Source of the DNA: Parcubacteria group bacterium
Lineage (GTDB): Bacteria; Patescibacteriota; Minisyncoccia; Moranbacterales; UBA11712
DNA length: 64,000 nucleotides
Direction of reading: 5' to 3'
Assembly (NCBI GenBank): GCA_041659065.1
Contig: JBAZYY010000004.1
Coordinates: 2,406 to 66,405 of the forward strand
How positions within the stretch are numbered: position 1 is the first letter of the stretch; each line of letters starts with the position of its first letter. A program made the translations under genes and the position numbers. This document shows, piece after piece, positions 1-8,596 of the stretch. The notes below the pieces were generated by a model, which was not told the origin of the DNA, did not search any database, and saw only the letters and a list, made by a program, of their open reading frames with translations.

Positions 1-284
1 GGCCCCAAGACCTTAGAGTTGTCGCTCAAACTCAGGAAAACAAAGGCTTGAGTGATATTCAAGTCGGACAAAAGGCTTTTTTTACAGTTGATGCTTTTGG
101 GTCAAAAAAATTCACTGGCGTTGTCGACGAAGTCAGTCCGACCGCACGCAGTGGGGACGTGGTCTTCAACATTTCCAGCGCCCGTCAGGAACAGGAATTC
201 AACGTAAAAATTCGCTTCAATATTGCCGACTATCCCGAACTGAAAAATGGCATGTCGGCCAAAGCCTGGATATATAAGGACTAG
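1..284 (+). CDS. 3' fragment of a membrane-fusion (HlyD/EmrA-like) efflux adaptor protein, 5' end outside the window
   Basis: Frame 3 is open from the window edge to TAG at 282-284. The tail ...GVVDEVSPTARSGDVVFNI...VKIRFNIADYPELKNGMSAKAWI resembles the C-terminal beta-barrel region of HlyD-family adaptors. It is immediately followed by an MFS pump gene. Confidence 0.5.
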   Translation, partial: PQDLRVVAQTQENKGLSDIQVGQKAFFTVDAFGSKKFTGVVDEVSPTARSGDVVFNISSARQEQEFNVKIRFNIADYPELKNGMSAKAWIYKD

Positions 285-294
285 CCAGCATTTT

Positions 295-1803
295 ATGATA
301 AAGAAACTACGGAGAGCAAAAAATAATCCGGATAATTTCCGCTGGCTGGTTCTCCTAACCGTGATTGTCGGAACATTCCTTGGGCGCTTGGATCAGACAA
401 TCGTAAACTTGGCTCTTCCGAAGATTATCCAGGATTTTAGCATTACTGTTTCGTCAGCCGGCTGGATCGCGACAGCTTACATCCTGGCAAATGCCATTTT
501 CGTCCCCATCTGGGGAAAGCTGGGAGATACGGTTGGTAGAAAAAAAGTATATATTTTGGGTTTCTCAATTTTTATTTTTGGTTCTGTCTTAGCGGGACTT
601 TCCTGGAATTTAAGTTCCCTGCTGGTGTTTAGAGTTATCCAGGCTATTGCTGGATCAGCCGATTATCCAACCGCAATGGCAATTATTGCGGTCACTTTTC
701 GCGAAGGCAAAGAAAGGGCCCAAGCCCTTGGAGTTTGGTCCGCCTCTTTTGCCGCCGCCGCCGTTTTTGGTCCACTTATCGGCGGACCGCTCATTGATAA
801 TTTCGGCTGGCGCTCAATCTTTTTGGTCAATTTGCCAGTTGGAATTATTGGGCTTTTCATGGCCATTGCCTTTATTCGAGAATCAGTTTCGGAAAAGAAG
901 ACCATGAATTTTGATTGGTGGGGCGCGATTACCCTGGGCGCTTCCCTCTCCGCCCTCGTATTGGTTCTGGATAAAGGACTAGACTGGGGATGGGGATCCG
1001 CAAATAGCCTCATTTCTTATTCCGCGATTTTGGTGTTCGGCTATATTTTTTATTTAATTGAAAAGAACCATCCTGAACCGATTGTGGACTTCAAATTTTT
1101 CAGAGTTCCGGCTTTCGTCAATACTCTGGCGAACAATTTCGTCGTTTTTATGGGAATGATGGGCGGAGTTTTTTTAATTCCCATATTCGCTCAAACATTT
1201 TTAGGCTATGATGCCACCCAAACCGGCTACTTGTTTATGCCAATGGCTTTTATGATAGTTTTGGCCGCCCCTCTTGGCGGAAGCCTGACGGGCAAAGTTC
1301 AGCCCAGATACGTCATTGCTTTAAGCACTCTTGTCGCCGCCATTGGGCTATACTTATTTTCCTTTTTGGACCCCCGCTCGACGGCGTTAAGCATAATTAT
1401 TCCTCTTTCGATAATGGCTTTCGGAATAGGCTTCGGGATGGCACAGCGCACCAATATCATTGCTTCGATCGTTCCGGATAATGAGATTGGGATTGCTTCT
1501 TCTATCTTAGCTCTGGCGCGCAACATCGCCGGTGCTTTTGGAATTGCGATTTTTGCGACCATTCTTAATAACACCACTAACTCAAATGTACTGACCACTG
1601 CTGCGCGCAGCTTTGTAAATCTGAAGGATAATCCCTTAGTGATGGAACAGTTCGTCAGCCTGATTATCTTGAAGGCTCAGATTCAGGCCTATGGGAAAGT
1701 ATTCGCTGTTGCTTCGGTTTTCCTCCTGATTGGAGCTATTGCCGCCTTAAGCATCAAAGTTAAAAATGAAAACAAACTGAAGGAAAATATCATGCTGGAA
1801 TAA
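295..1803 (+). CDS. MFS drug:H+ antiporter, DHA2 (EmrB/QacA-like, 14-TMS type)
   Basis: ATG at 295 (MIKKLRR...). The ~500 aa product is a polytopic membrane protein with MFS motifs (GRLDQTIVNLALP, GKLGDTVGRKKV). It sits downstream of an adaptor-like gene, as in emrAB. Confidence 0.85.
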   Translation: MIKKLRRAKNNPDNFRWLVLLTVIVGTFLGRLDQTIVNLALPKIIQDFSITVSSAGWIATAYILANAIFVPIWGKLGDTVGRKKVYILGFSIFIFGSVLAGLSWNLSSLLVFRVIQAIAGSADYPTAMAIIAVTFREGKERAQALGVWSASFAAAAVFGPLIGGPLIDNFGWRSIFLVNLPVGIIGLFMAIAFIRESVSEKKTMNFDWWGAITLGASLSALVLVLDKGLDWGWGSANSLISYSAILVFGYIFYLIEKNHPEPIVDFKFFRVPAFVNTLANNFVVFMGMMGGVFLIPIFAQTFLGYDATQTGYLFMPMAFMIVLAAPLGGSLTGKVQPRYVIALSTLVAAIGLYLFSFLDPRSTALSIIIPLSIMAFGIGFGMAQRTNIIASIVPDNEIGIASSILALARNIAGAFGIAIFATILNNTTNSNVLTTAARSFVNLKDNPLVMEQFVSLIILKAQIQAYGKVFAVASVFLLIGAIAALSIKVKNENKLKENIMLE

Positions 1804-1823
1804 AATCATTTTTCTTTTTATGA

Positions 1824-1850
1824 AAAACCCAGGTATGAGCCTGGGTTTTT
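1824..1850. terminator. Rho-independent terminator between convergent genes
   Basis: aaaaACCCAGGtatgagCCTGGGTtttt: a GC stem flanked by A and T runs, usable in both directions. Confidence 0.6.
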
Positions 1851-1877
1851 GCATTTAAGCGACCTCAATCGGAAAAA

Positions 1878-2696
1878 TCATAATCCGTACTTTTTCACCA
1901 ATTTTTTATAAGTTTTGTAATTCTTTTTTATTTTCAGCCCCCCATTGAGCGCGTTTCGAAATTTCGTTCCATCCTTAAAATCATTTTTCGCGTCAAAAGT
2001 TCGTCCGTCCGCGTATATATCAACTTCCGGGTCTGAGTCTTTATAGGATCCGGAATAAGTAATCATATGCCTGTAGTTCGGGTCGATAAAGCAATAGCCC
2101 GTGTCCCGGAAATCATATTTCGGGGAACATTTAATTGCCGGGACCTGATGCAATTCATCCCCAATAAATGTAAACGTCGCTACTCCGAATCCCAGCTCCT
2201 TGAGCAGGAATACGATAAACATGGATTTTTGCCCGCAAATTCCCTTATAATCATAGAGAACTTCATAGGGATAGCGCGTGCCGTGGCCTCGCCCGGAAGA
2301 ATCTCCATAAAGGTACCAGTCAGTGTCGTAGGGAATTTTCTGCACCAGACTAACAGCAATTCGCGCCTGGCTATCGGGCCTTTTTTTCTTTTTTTTAATC
2401 CAATTTACGAGGCTTACTAAGCGTTCCTTTTGATCTTCCCGGTCTATCATGTGGGAATCACGCTCAGCAACACTGCTGCAGGTACGGCAATAATAATCCG
2501 GCTCGTTAAACATTGTTTGATAAAATTGCGAATCGACCGGCATTTTATAGCTCATCTTTTTTCCGCTTAAAACGGCGGATACTTTCCGCGTGCCGTCATA
2601 AGCTAACTTTTCTTCTTTTCCAAAAGACACGGAAGCGCTCAAAAATATGCTTAGCGCGATACCCGCTGCTAGTACGGTTTTTTTGTTTGTTTTCAT
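1878..2696 (-). CDS. Secreted protein with signal peptide, possibly a transglutaminase-like (papain-fold) domain
   Basis: The N-terminus MKTNKKTVLAAGIALSIFLSASVSFG is signal-like. The central segment YKGICGQKSMFIVFLLKELGFG ... H ... D resembles a transglutaminase-core Cys-His-Asp arrangement. The coding strand has a poly-Lys stretch from A8-G-A7. Confidence 0.45.
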   Translation of the reverse strand: MKTNKKTVLAAGIALSIFLSASVSFGKEEKLAYDGTRKVSAVLSGKKMSYKMPVDSQFYQTMFNEPDYYCRTCSSVAERDSHMIDREDQKERLVSLVNWIKKKKKRPDSQARIAVSLVQKIPYDTDWYLYGDSSGRGHGTRYPYEVLYDYKGICGQKSMFIVFLLKELGFGVATFTFIGDELHQVPAIKCSPKYDFRDTGYCFIDPNYRHMITYSGSYKDSDPEVDIYADGRTFDAKNDFKDGTKFRNALNGGLKIKKNYKTYKKLVKKYGL

Positions 2697-2727
2697 ATTT
2701 TTTTTATTATCTATTCACTATTATACA

Positions 2728-2742
2728 CAAATGGTATAATTT
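2728..2742 (+). promoter_or_regulatory. Extended -10 promoter element (TGgTATAAT) upstream of nth
   Basis: tggtataat lies 7-15 nt upstream of the nth ATG at 2747. Confidence 0.35.
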
Positions 2743-2746
2743 AACC

Positions 2747-3409
2747 ATGCTTATGCTCAAAAAAAGAATCAAATCATCAAACCAAAATCTGGATTATCGC
2801 AAGCAAAAGGCGCGAAAAATCATTGCTGAGCTCAAAAAAAGAATTCCAAAAGCCAAAATCGCTCTAAAATATGGTAATAATTGGGAACTTCTTGTGGCAG
2901 TCATTCTTTCCGCGCAAACAACCGATAAAAAAATAAATGAAATTACCGAAAAACTTTTCAAAAAATACAAGTCACTTGATGATTACGCCAAAGCCGACCC
3001 GAAGGAATTCGAAAAAGATATCCATTCCGCCGGTTTTTTCCGGAACAAGACAAAGAGCATCCTGGCATCTGCAAAGATTGTAAAGGAAAAATTTGGGGGT
3101 AAAATCCCCGGCAATATGGAAGATCTGCTGGCTTTGCCGGGAGTCGCGAGGAAAACTGCCAATATTGTGCTCGGTAACGCTTTCGGAGTTGTCGAAGGAA
3201 TCGCAGTTGACACTCATGTCAAAAGATTAGCAAAGGAACTGGGACTCACTGACGAAACCAGTCCCGACAAAATTGAAAAGGATCTTATGGAGATTATCCC
3301 CAAATCCGAATGGTTCATCTTCACTTACAGGCTAATTGATTACGGCCGCAATTATTGCCCCGCCCGCAGCAGGGACCGCTCAAAATGTTTTTTGGACAAA
3401 ATTAATTAA
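2747..3409 (+). CDS. nth: Endonuclease III (DNA glycosylase/AP lyase)
   Basis: The HhH-GPD region LALPGVARKTANIVL and the C-terminal CX6CX2CX5C [4Fe-4S] motif (CPARSRDRSKC) are present. The ATG at 2747 was chosen over the longer upstream ORF. Confidence 0.9.
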   Translation: MLMLKKRIKSSNQNLDYRKQKARKIIAELKKRIPKAKIALKYGNNWELLVAVILSAQTTDKKINEITEKLFKKYKSLDDYAKADPKEFEKDIHSAGFFRNKTKSILASAKIVKEKFGGKIPGNMEDLLALPGVARKTANIVLGNAFGVVEGIAVDTHVKRLAKELGLTDETSPDKIEKDLMEIIPKSEWFIFTYRLIDYGRNYCPARSRDRSKCFLDKIN

Positions 3410-3455
3410 AAAAGACATCTGATTTCCGCCAGGAAATCCGATCTCTAAATATTTT

Positions 3456-3656
3456 ATGGACCAAGATCTCCTCGATAAATTAAACCAGCAAAACGCGAGA
3501 ATAGAGCAAATCTATGTTTCAGTTGAAAAAACCCGAAAATATTTCATGTGGACTTTAATTGCCACTATTGTCATGTTCGTTCTCCCGCTTATAGCTTTGG
3601 CATTTGTGATCCCTTTTTTCCTCAAATCAATCACTTCAGGGCTAACGGGTCTTTAA
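3456..3656 (+). CDS. Small hypothetical membrane protein (66 aa)
   Basis: Single hydrophobic helix (LIATIVMFVLPLIALAFVIPFF), followed by a terminator. Confidence 0.4.
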   Translation: MDQDLLDKLNQQNARIEQIYVSVEKTRKYFMWTLIATIVMFVLPLIALAFVIPFFLKSITSGLTGL

Positions 3657-3683
3657 CTTAACAAATAAAAACGCAATAAAAAA

Positions 3684-3712
3684 ATCAGCTCTTCCCAGAG
3701 CTGATTTTTTTA
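3684..3712. terminator. Bidirectional rho-independent terminator
   Basis: aaaaatCAGCTCTtcccAGAGCTGatttttttt lies between convergent genes. Confidence 0.6.
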
Positions 3713-3748
3713 CACTAGATACTAGATACAATAATACGAAATACTAAT

Positions 3749-5212
3749 TTATTCTCCCCTGTAATTTGGTGATTCTTTCGTGATCGTCACATCATGCACG
3801 TGGCTTTCGCGATAGCCCGCGTTGGTAATTCGCACAAATTTTGCCTTACTCCAAAGTTCGGACATATTTTTGCATCCCGAATAACCCATTCCGGATCGAA
3901 GCCCGCCGATAAGCTGATAGACGCTTTGGGAAAGCGGTCCTTTGTATGGAACCCTGCCTTCGATGCCTTCGGGGACTAATTTCGAAGCCTCAGTGCCCTT
4001 CTGGCCGTAACGGTCGGCTGATCCTTGCATCATCGCGCCCAGTGACCCCATTCCGCGATAGAGTTTGTAATGCCTGCCTTGATAAAGGATGGTTTCTCCG
4101 GGAGACTCGTCCGTGCCCGCGAACATACTCCCGATCATCACCGCACTCGCTCCCGCCGCGATAGCCTTCGTAACGTCGCCTGAATATTTTATTCCCCCGT
4201 CGGCTATCACGGGAATTTTATATTTTTTTGCCACGGCTACCACCTCTTGAATGGCGGTGATTTGCGGAACACCCGCGCCAGCCACGATCCTGGTAGTGCA
4301 AATAGAACCCGGCCCGATTCCAACCTTGACCGCATCGGCCCCGGCCTTGATAAGATCAAGTGCCCCGTCTCCAGTCGCGATATTCCCTGCAATTACCTCG
4401 CAGCCAATCTTATTTTTAATTTCTTTCAATTTGGCGATCACTGATTTTGTGTGCCCATGCGCGGTATCAATAGCAATTACATCCGCTCCTGCCTCATGGA
4501 GCAGCTTGACCCTTTCGAGCGTATCGGAACTGGTGCCTACTGCGGCTCCGACCCGAAGCCGGCCCAATTTATCTTTTGCGGCATTCGGATATTTTCTTAT
4601 TTTTTCAATATCTTTTATGGTAATAAGCCCCTTAAGCGCGTTGTTTTTCCCGACTATGGGAAGTTTTTCTATTTTATATTTATGCAGGATCTTCTTGGCC
4701 TCGTCCAAGGTAGTCTTCTCATGAGACGTCACAAGATTATCCTTAGTCATCACGTCTTTAACAAGCCTCTTCTTATTGGTCTCAAATCTCAGATCCCGAT
4801 TGGTTATAATACCGATCAATTTCCCGCTTTTGTCCGTGACCGGAATTCCCGAAATTCTGTACATTTCAGTGAGCTCAAATACTTCTCCAATCGTAGCCTC
4901 CGGAGAAACAGTAATCGGATCAATAATCATTCCGCTTTCTGATTTTTTTACCTTTTCTATTTCGCCCGCCTGCTGCTCCGGCGTCATATTCCGGTGGATT
5001 ATTCCGATTCCGCCTTCCTGCGCAAGCGCAATGGCCAAATTCGATTCTGTCACTGTATCCATGGCTGCTGAGAGGATCGGGATATTTAGCTTGATGTTTT
5101 TCGTGATTTGAGTGGCGACGTCTACTTCTTTTGGAAGGATGTCGGATCTTTGGGGAATTAATAGTACGTCATCGAATGTCAGCCCCATTTTTATTGTTTT
5201 TTCCTGCGGCAT
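3749..5212 (-). CDS. guaB: IMP dehydrogenase with CBS pair
   Basis: Start [23 protein letters not shown]; the catalytic loop [11 protein letters not shown] is present. The middle of the protein contains a CBS tandem. Confidence 0.95.
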   Translation of the reverse strand: MPQEKTIKMGLTFDDVLLIPQRSDILPKEVDVATQITKNIKLNIPILSAAMDTVTESNLAIALAQEGGIGIIHRNMTPEQQAGEIEKVKKSESGMIIDPITVSPEATIGEVFELTEMYRISGIPVTDKSGKLIGIITNRDLRFETNKKRLVKDVMTKDNLVTSHEKTTLDEAKKILHKYKIEKLPIVGKNNALKGLITIKDIEKIRKYPNAAKDKLGRLRVGAAVGTSSDTLERVKLLHEAGADVIAIDTAHGHTKSVIAKLKEIKNKIGCEVIAGNIATGDGALDLIKAGADAVKVGIGPGSICTTRIVAGAGVPQITAIQEVVAVAKKYKIPVIADGGIKYSGDVTKAIAAGASAVMIGSMFAGTDESPGETILYQGRHYKLYRGMGSLGAMMQGSADRYGQKGTEASKLVPEGIEGRVPYKGPLSQSVYQLIGGLRSGMGYSGCKNMSELWSKAKFVRITNAGYRESHVHDVTITKESPNYRGE

Positions 5213-5315
5213 AAAGTTTGAGAAAATAATTATAGTTAAAAAAGGAAGCTCTCAAAAAGAGCTTTCATGCCTTTTTTAAAATATAACATTTTTTGGTATT
5301 ATGTCAAAAAAGAGA

Positions 5316-5342
5316 GGGCGGCTTAACGTACTAAGCCGCCCC
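5316..5342 (-). terminator. Terminator for the small minus-strand gene 5376..5564
   Basis: 10-bp stem GGGCGGCTTA/TAAGCCGCCC with loop acgtac. On the minus strand it is followed by tctctttttt. Confidence 0.5.
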
Positions 5343-5375
5343 AAGCCTAACTTTCGCTCATTATCTTCTTGCTCT

Positions 5376-5564
5376 TCACGATGTTTTGGGAGTTTTATCT
5401 CCCTTTAACATCCGCTCGATGGGATGTTCTAGGAGTTTCACCATCGAGCCCCCGAATATAAAATCCGGAATAAGACCGCCTTGGTCGACTGTCCTGCTAT
5501 TGATGTACGCCAACTGTTCAGGCGTTAGCGCAAACCAATCAGGCGGTGTATTTTTATCTGCCAC
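5376..5564 (-). CDS. Small hypothetical protein (62 aa)
   Basis: ORF MADKNTPPDWFALTPEQLAYINS... ends just upstream of a strong terminator hairpin. No family recognised. Confidence 0.4.
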   Translation of the reverse strand: MADKNTPPDWFALTPEQLAYINSRTVDQGGLIPDFIFGGSMVKLLEHPIERMLKGDKTPKTS

Positions 5565-5651
5565 GGATTTGCCCTCCCCAAATTTGATGATTTTACACTA
5601 GCATACAGCTTACACCTTTACAATTAGCCCTTGAAAGGCTAGTTTATCATT

Positions 5652-6233
5652 ATGGAAGTTAATAAAATAATTGTTGATAAAATAAAAAAAGAGGCAATCG
5701 GCGTCATCCCAACCGATACTATTTATGGCGTTGTGGCTTCGGCATTATCCAAAAAAGCTGTCGCGCGCGCCTACAAAATTCTCAGTCGAAACCCCAAGAA
5801 GCCTTTTATTATCCTCATCAGTTCAATCAAGGATTTGGAATTATTCGGAGTAATTTTGGATAATGACGCCAAAAGAATCCTCAAAAAACTCTGGCCTGGG
5901 AAAGTCAGCGTCATTCTCCCATCTCCAGGCAATAATTTTCGGTATTTGCACCGAGGAACAAAATCATTAGCCTTCAGGCTCCCCAGAAAAAAGTCTTTGA
6001 CCGAATTACTTGGAAAAACCGGCCCGCTCATTTCCACCAGCGCCAACCCGGAGGGGAAAAAACCGGCAGTTACGGTTGCCGGAGCAAAAAAATATTTCGA
6101 TAATAAGGTTGATTTTTTTGTGAACGCCGGGAAGTTATCTTCAAAGTCATCCACACTTTTGAAAGTCGAAGGCGGAAAGATTTGTATTATTAGACGTGGC
6201 ACTTTTCAAACTCCGGAAAATTTGCTACAATAA
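5652..6233 (+). CDS. tsaC: L-threonylcarbamoyladenylate synthase (TsaC/YrdC/Sua5 family)
   Basis: YrdC motifs IPTDTIYGVVASA, KPFIILISS and LISTSANPEG. Confidence 0.85.
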   Translation: MEVNKIIVDKIKKEAIGVIPTDTIYGVVASALSKKAVARAYKILSRNPKKPFIILISSIKDLELFGVILDNDAKRILKKLWPGKVSVILPSPGNNFRYLHRGTKSLAFRLPRKKSLTELLGKTGPLISTSANPEGKKPAVTVAGAKKYFDNKVDFFVNAGKLSSKSSTLLKVEGGKICIIRRGTFQTPENLLQ

Positions 6234-6266
6234 GATTTGTTTTAGTAAAAATTAACCATCATAATC

Positions 6267-6380
6267 ATGGAAGATAAATGCCCAAATTGCGGCAAATCGA
6301 TGGATGAATGCTCCTGCGAAAAGGAAGATGCGCAAGAACATGGATGTCATTGTCCGTCTTGTGACCATCCTTGCGAATAG
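6267..6380 (+). CDS. 37-aa Cys-rich mini-protein (zinc-ribbon/metallothionein-like)
   Basis: ATG..TAG translates to MEDKCPNCGKSMDECSCEKEDAQEHGCHCPSCDHPCE, with 8 Cys including CPNCG and CPSC knuckles. It lies between tsaC and a strong terminator. It is below the ORF-track size cut-off. Confidence 0.35.
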   Translation: MEDKCPNCGKSMDECSCEKEDAQEHGCHCPSCDHPCE

Positions 6381-6414
6381 GATTCTCCGCAATAATTTAA
6401 ACTAGTGTATTTTG

Positions 6415-6448
6415 CGCCTCCCCTCTAACGGGAGGCGTATTTCTTTTC
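6415..6448 (+). terminator. Rho-independent terminator
   Basis: CGCCTCCCctctaacGGGAGGCGtatttcttttc. Confidence 0.55.
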
Positions 6449-6571
6449 AAAATCCTGAATATTGGTTATTATATCAACAATGAATGATTTGAGGATATAT
6501 TTCCCATTCGAAAAATAGTTTTTTTCTCGCACAATTTTGGTTTAAATATAAACTGAAGGGAGGTGAGAAAT

Positions 6572-6784
6572 ATGAAAAAAATGAGCACTATGGATTGGAT
6601 CGCAATGATTTTACTGATCATTGGCGGTTTGAATTGGGGTTTGGTGGGTTTTTTCAAGTTTGATTTAGTTGCTGCAATCTTTGGAGACATGACTGCTGTT
6701 TCAAGAGTTATTTACGCTCTAGTTGGCCTCTCGGCACTCTACATGATTTGGATGGCAACAGCCGGAGACAATAAATCGGAATAG
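6572..6784 (+). CDS. DUF378-family small membrane protein
   Basis: Strong SD gaagGGAGGtgagaaat before the ATG at 6572. The GGLNWGLVG motif is characteristic of DUF378. Confidence 0.65.
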   Translation: MKKMSTMDWIAMILLIIGGLNWGLVGFFKFDLVAAIFGDMTAVSRVIYALVGLSALYMIWMATAGDNKSE

Positions 6785-6922
6785 TCTGAGCTTAATTTAA
6801 TATATTGATTTTAAGCCGAAAGAAGTCGGAATTGTATTTTGTGGTTTATATTTATTATTTGACGTTTACTTTTTTTAAAAATATCCCGATCTGCTCCTTT
6901 CCTTTTCTGGAAAGTTTGAAAA

Positions 6923-6981
6923 TGGTGCCCTCAGAGGGAGTCGAACCTTCATTTCCCCGCCCGTGGCGGGGCGCTCTCACC
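6923..6981 (-). other. tRNA-like 3' half (T-arm + acceptor 3' strand + encoded CCA) with no 5' half
   Basis: Minus strand reads GGTGAGAGCG-CCCCGCCacgGGCGGGG-AAATG-AAGG-TTCGACT-CCCTC-TGAGGGC-A-CCA. It has a canonical T-loop, a 3' acceptor strand, a discriminator and CCA, preceded by a 7-bp GC hairpin (variable-arm-like). The complementary 5' acceptor strand GCCCTCA is absent. Confidence 0.4.
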
Positions 6982-6991
6982 TTTTTATATA

Positions 6992-7063
6992 TGCCCTCGA
7001 CAGGAATCGAACCTGTATTTTAAGTTCCGGAAACTTACGCCCTATCCGTTGGACGACGAGGAC
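6992..7063 (-). tRNA. tRNA-Arg (anticodon CCG)
   Basis: Folded by hand: acceptor GTCCTCG/CGAGGGC, D-arm GTCC..GGGC, anticodon stem TAAGT/ACTTA with loop TTCCGGA, T-arm ACAGG-TTCGATT-CCTGT, discriminator A. CCA is not encoded. Confidence 0.8.
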
Positions 7064-7100
7064 ATTTGGTACAGTATACTGTTTTACTGTACTGGGTATT

Positions 7101-8354
7101 TTACTTGTTTTTCCAATTTTTCTTTCGCAATTTCTTGTGATAACCAATCGCAAATCGGTGCGCTTCGTTTCGAATTCTTTCAACCAGACCTTCATCACTG
7201 ATAACGCTCTGAAAAACCAATGCCTCCTTATTGTAATACATATCCACTTTTTTGCGAGTGGATCCTTTAGCAACTCCCACCACGGGAATATCATGACCAA
7301 ACTCACTTACCACATTTTCAGCCATGTTTAGATGCCCTTTTCCCCCATCCACAAAAATGAGATCCGGCAACGGCCAGTCGTTTTGAAAACGGCGCCGGAG
7401 CATTTCGCGCATCATGCCCACATCATCGATGCCCTTGATCGTAATTATTTTAAACTTGCGATATTGGCTCTTGTCCGGCTTGTGTCCAGCAAAAACAACC
7501 ATCGAGCCTGTTGCGAAATCCCCTCCGATATTCGAGACGTCGTACGCTTCGATTCTTGTATTTTCAATTTTATCTGCTGAGATTGCCAAACCTTTTGATA
7601 CCATATCCTCGGATATCAAAGCAATATCCCGGATGTGCTCAAGCGCAAAAATTCTATTTCGCGCCTGGGCCGCTTTTTCAAATTCCTTATCTTTCGAGTA
7701 AGATTTCATTTGTTTTTCGAGCTGTGTCAGCAAGTTCTTTTTTTTGCCGCGCAAAATCATTTCGATCCCATGAATGTTTTTGAGGTAATCCTTTTTGGAT
7801 ATTGCGCCTGCGTAGGGGCCAGGACATCTCCCAATCTGAAAATCAAGGCAGCCCTTTTCCGTTTTTGCCTTGATGGAATGGAAAGGAAATATTTTGCGGA
7901 TCAGCTTGAGCGCAGTTTCCATCTGATGCTTAGACATATACGGGCCATAAATGCTTTCGGCCTGATATTTTCCCAATTGCGTTTTGAAAACCGCCAGCAC
8001 CCGCGGAAATTCTTCTTTCGTGATTACAAAATAGCCGAAACTCTTGTCATCTTTCTCCCGCACGTTGTATTTCGGCAAGTGTTTCTTGATGAGATTTGCT
8101 TCGAGAATCAGCGCCTCTAAAACCGAATCCGTCTCGTGGACTTTTATATCCGCTACCAACGGAATCATTCCCCCAATTTGAGGTCTATCCTCGAAGTATT
8201 CGAGGTGAGACCTCGAATGGAAATACGAACTCACTCTATCCTTGAGGCTCGTCGCTTTGCCAATATAAAGAATTTTCCCTTGTTTATCTCGAAATTCATA
8301 CACGCCGGGGGATTTGGGAAGGTTGGATATTTTGGATTTTAGATTGTTTGACAC
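7101..8354 (-). CDS. uvrC: Excinuclease ABC subunit C, short form (GIY-YIG + UVR + RNaseH-like endonuclease domain; the C-terminal (HhH)2 region is missing)
   Basis: N-terminal GIY-YIG (GVYEFRDKQGKILYIGKATSLKDRV). UVR helix EFEKAAQARNRIFALEHI. C-terminal endonuclease region LIFVDGGKGHL. The product is only 417 aa. Confidence 0.8.
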   Translation of the reverse strand: MSNNLKSKISNLPKSPGVYEFRDKQGKILYIGKATSLKDRVSSYFHSRSHLEYFEDRPQIGGMIPLVADIKVHETDSVLEALILEANLIKKHLPKYNVREKDDKSFGYFVITKEEFPRVLAVFKTQLGKYQAESIYGPYMSKHQMETALKLIRKIFPFHSIKAKTEKGCLDFQIGRCPGPYAGAISKKDYLKNIHGIEMILRGKKKNLLTQLEKQMKSYSKDKEFEKAAQARNRIFALEHIRDIALISEDMVSKGLAISADKIENTRIEAYDVSNIGGDFATGSMVVFAGHKPDKSQYRKFKIITIKGIDDVGMMREMLRRRFQNDWPLPDLIFVDGGKGHLNMAENVVSEFGHDIPVVGVAKGSTRKKVDMYYNKEALVFQSVISDEGLVERIRNEAHRFAIGYHKKLRKKNWKNK

Positions 8355-8596
8355 TTATTTTTAAAAGTATTACAGTTAGCGAAGTAAATCCTTTAATAAT
8401 CAATCCTCATTCCTAGTAAATCCAGCACTAACCACGTGCCTGGGAGCTAGCTTTAGTATTTTGAATAGACTTTGGAGAAAAAGCATGGAAACGGCCTTAA
8501 TAGTAAATTACTATTTACAAGACCAATTTCCCGACTTCCTTTAATAGCTCTATTGCTTTAGCTAAGTTAATGAGGATTGTTTTTCGAAGGATTTTT

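Noticed and set aside
3794-5111. Several 60-160 aa ORFs on the plus strand inside guaB
   Set aside because: They are antisense to a high-confidence conserved gene and give low-complexity, Pro/Ser-rich translations. These are spurious.
6923-6981. Possibility that the tRNA-like element is a complete second tRNA
   Set aside because: I could not find any 5' acceptor strand complementary to TGAGGGC within 150 nt on the same strand. The element begins only 10 nt after tRNA-Arg. It was therefore kept as a 3'-half fragment rather than a tRNA gene.
6805-7023. 72-aa plus-strand ORF overlapping the tRNA region
   Set aside because: It is entirely antisense to tRNA-Arg and the tRNA-like fragment. The peptide (EGVEPS..TGIEPV) is just a translation of T-arm sequence.
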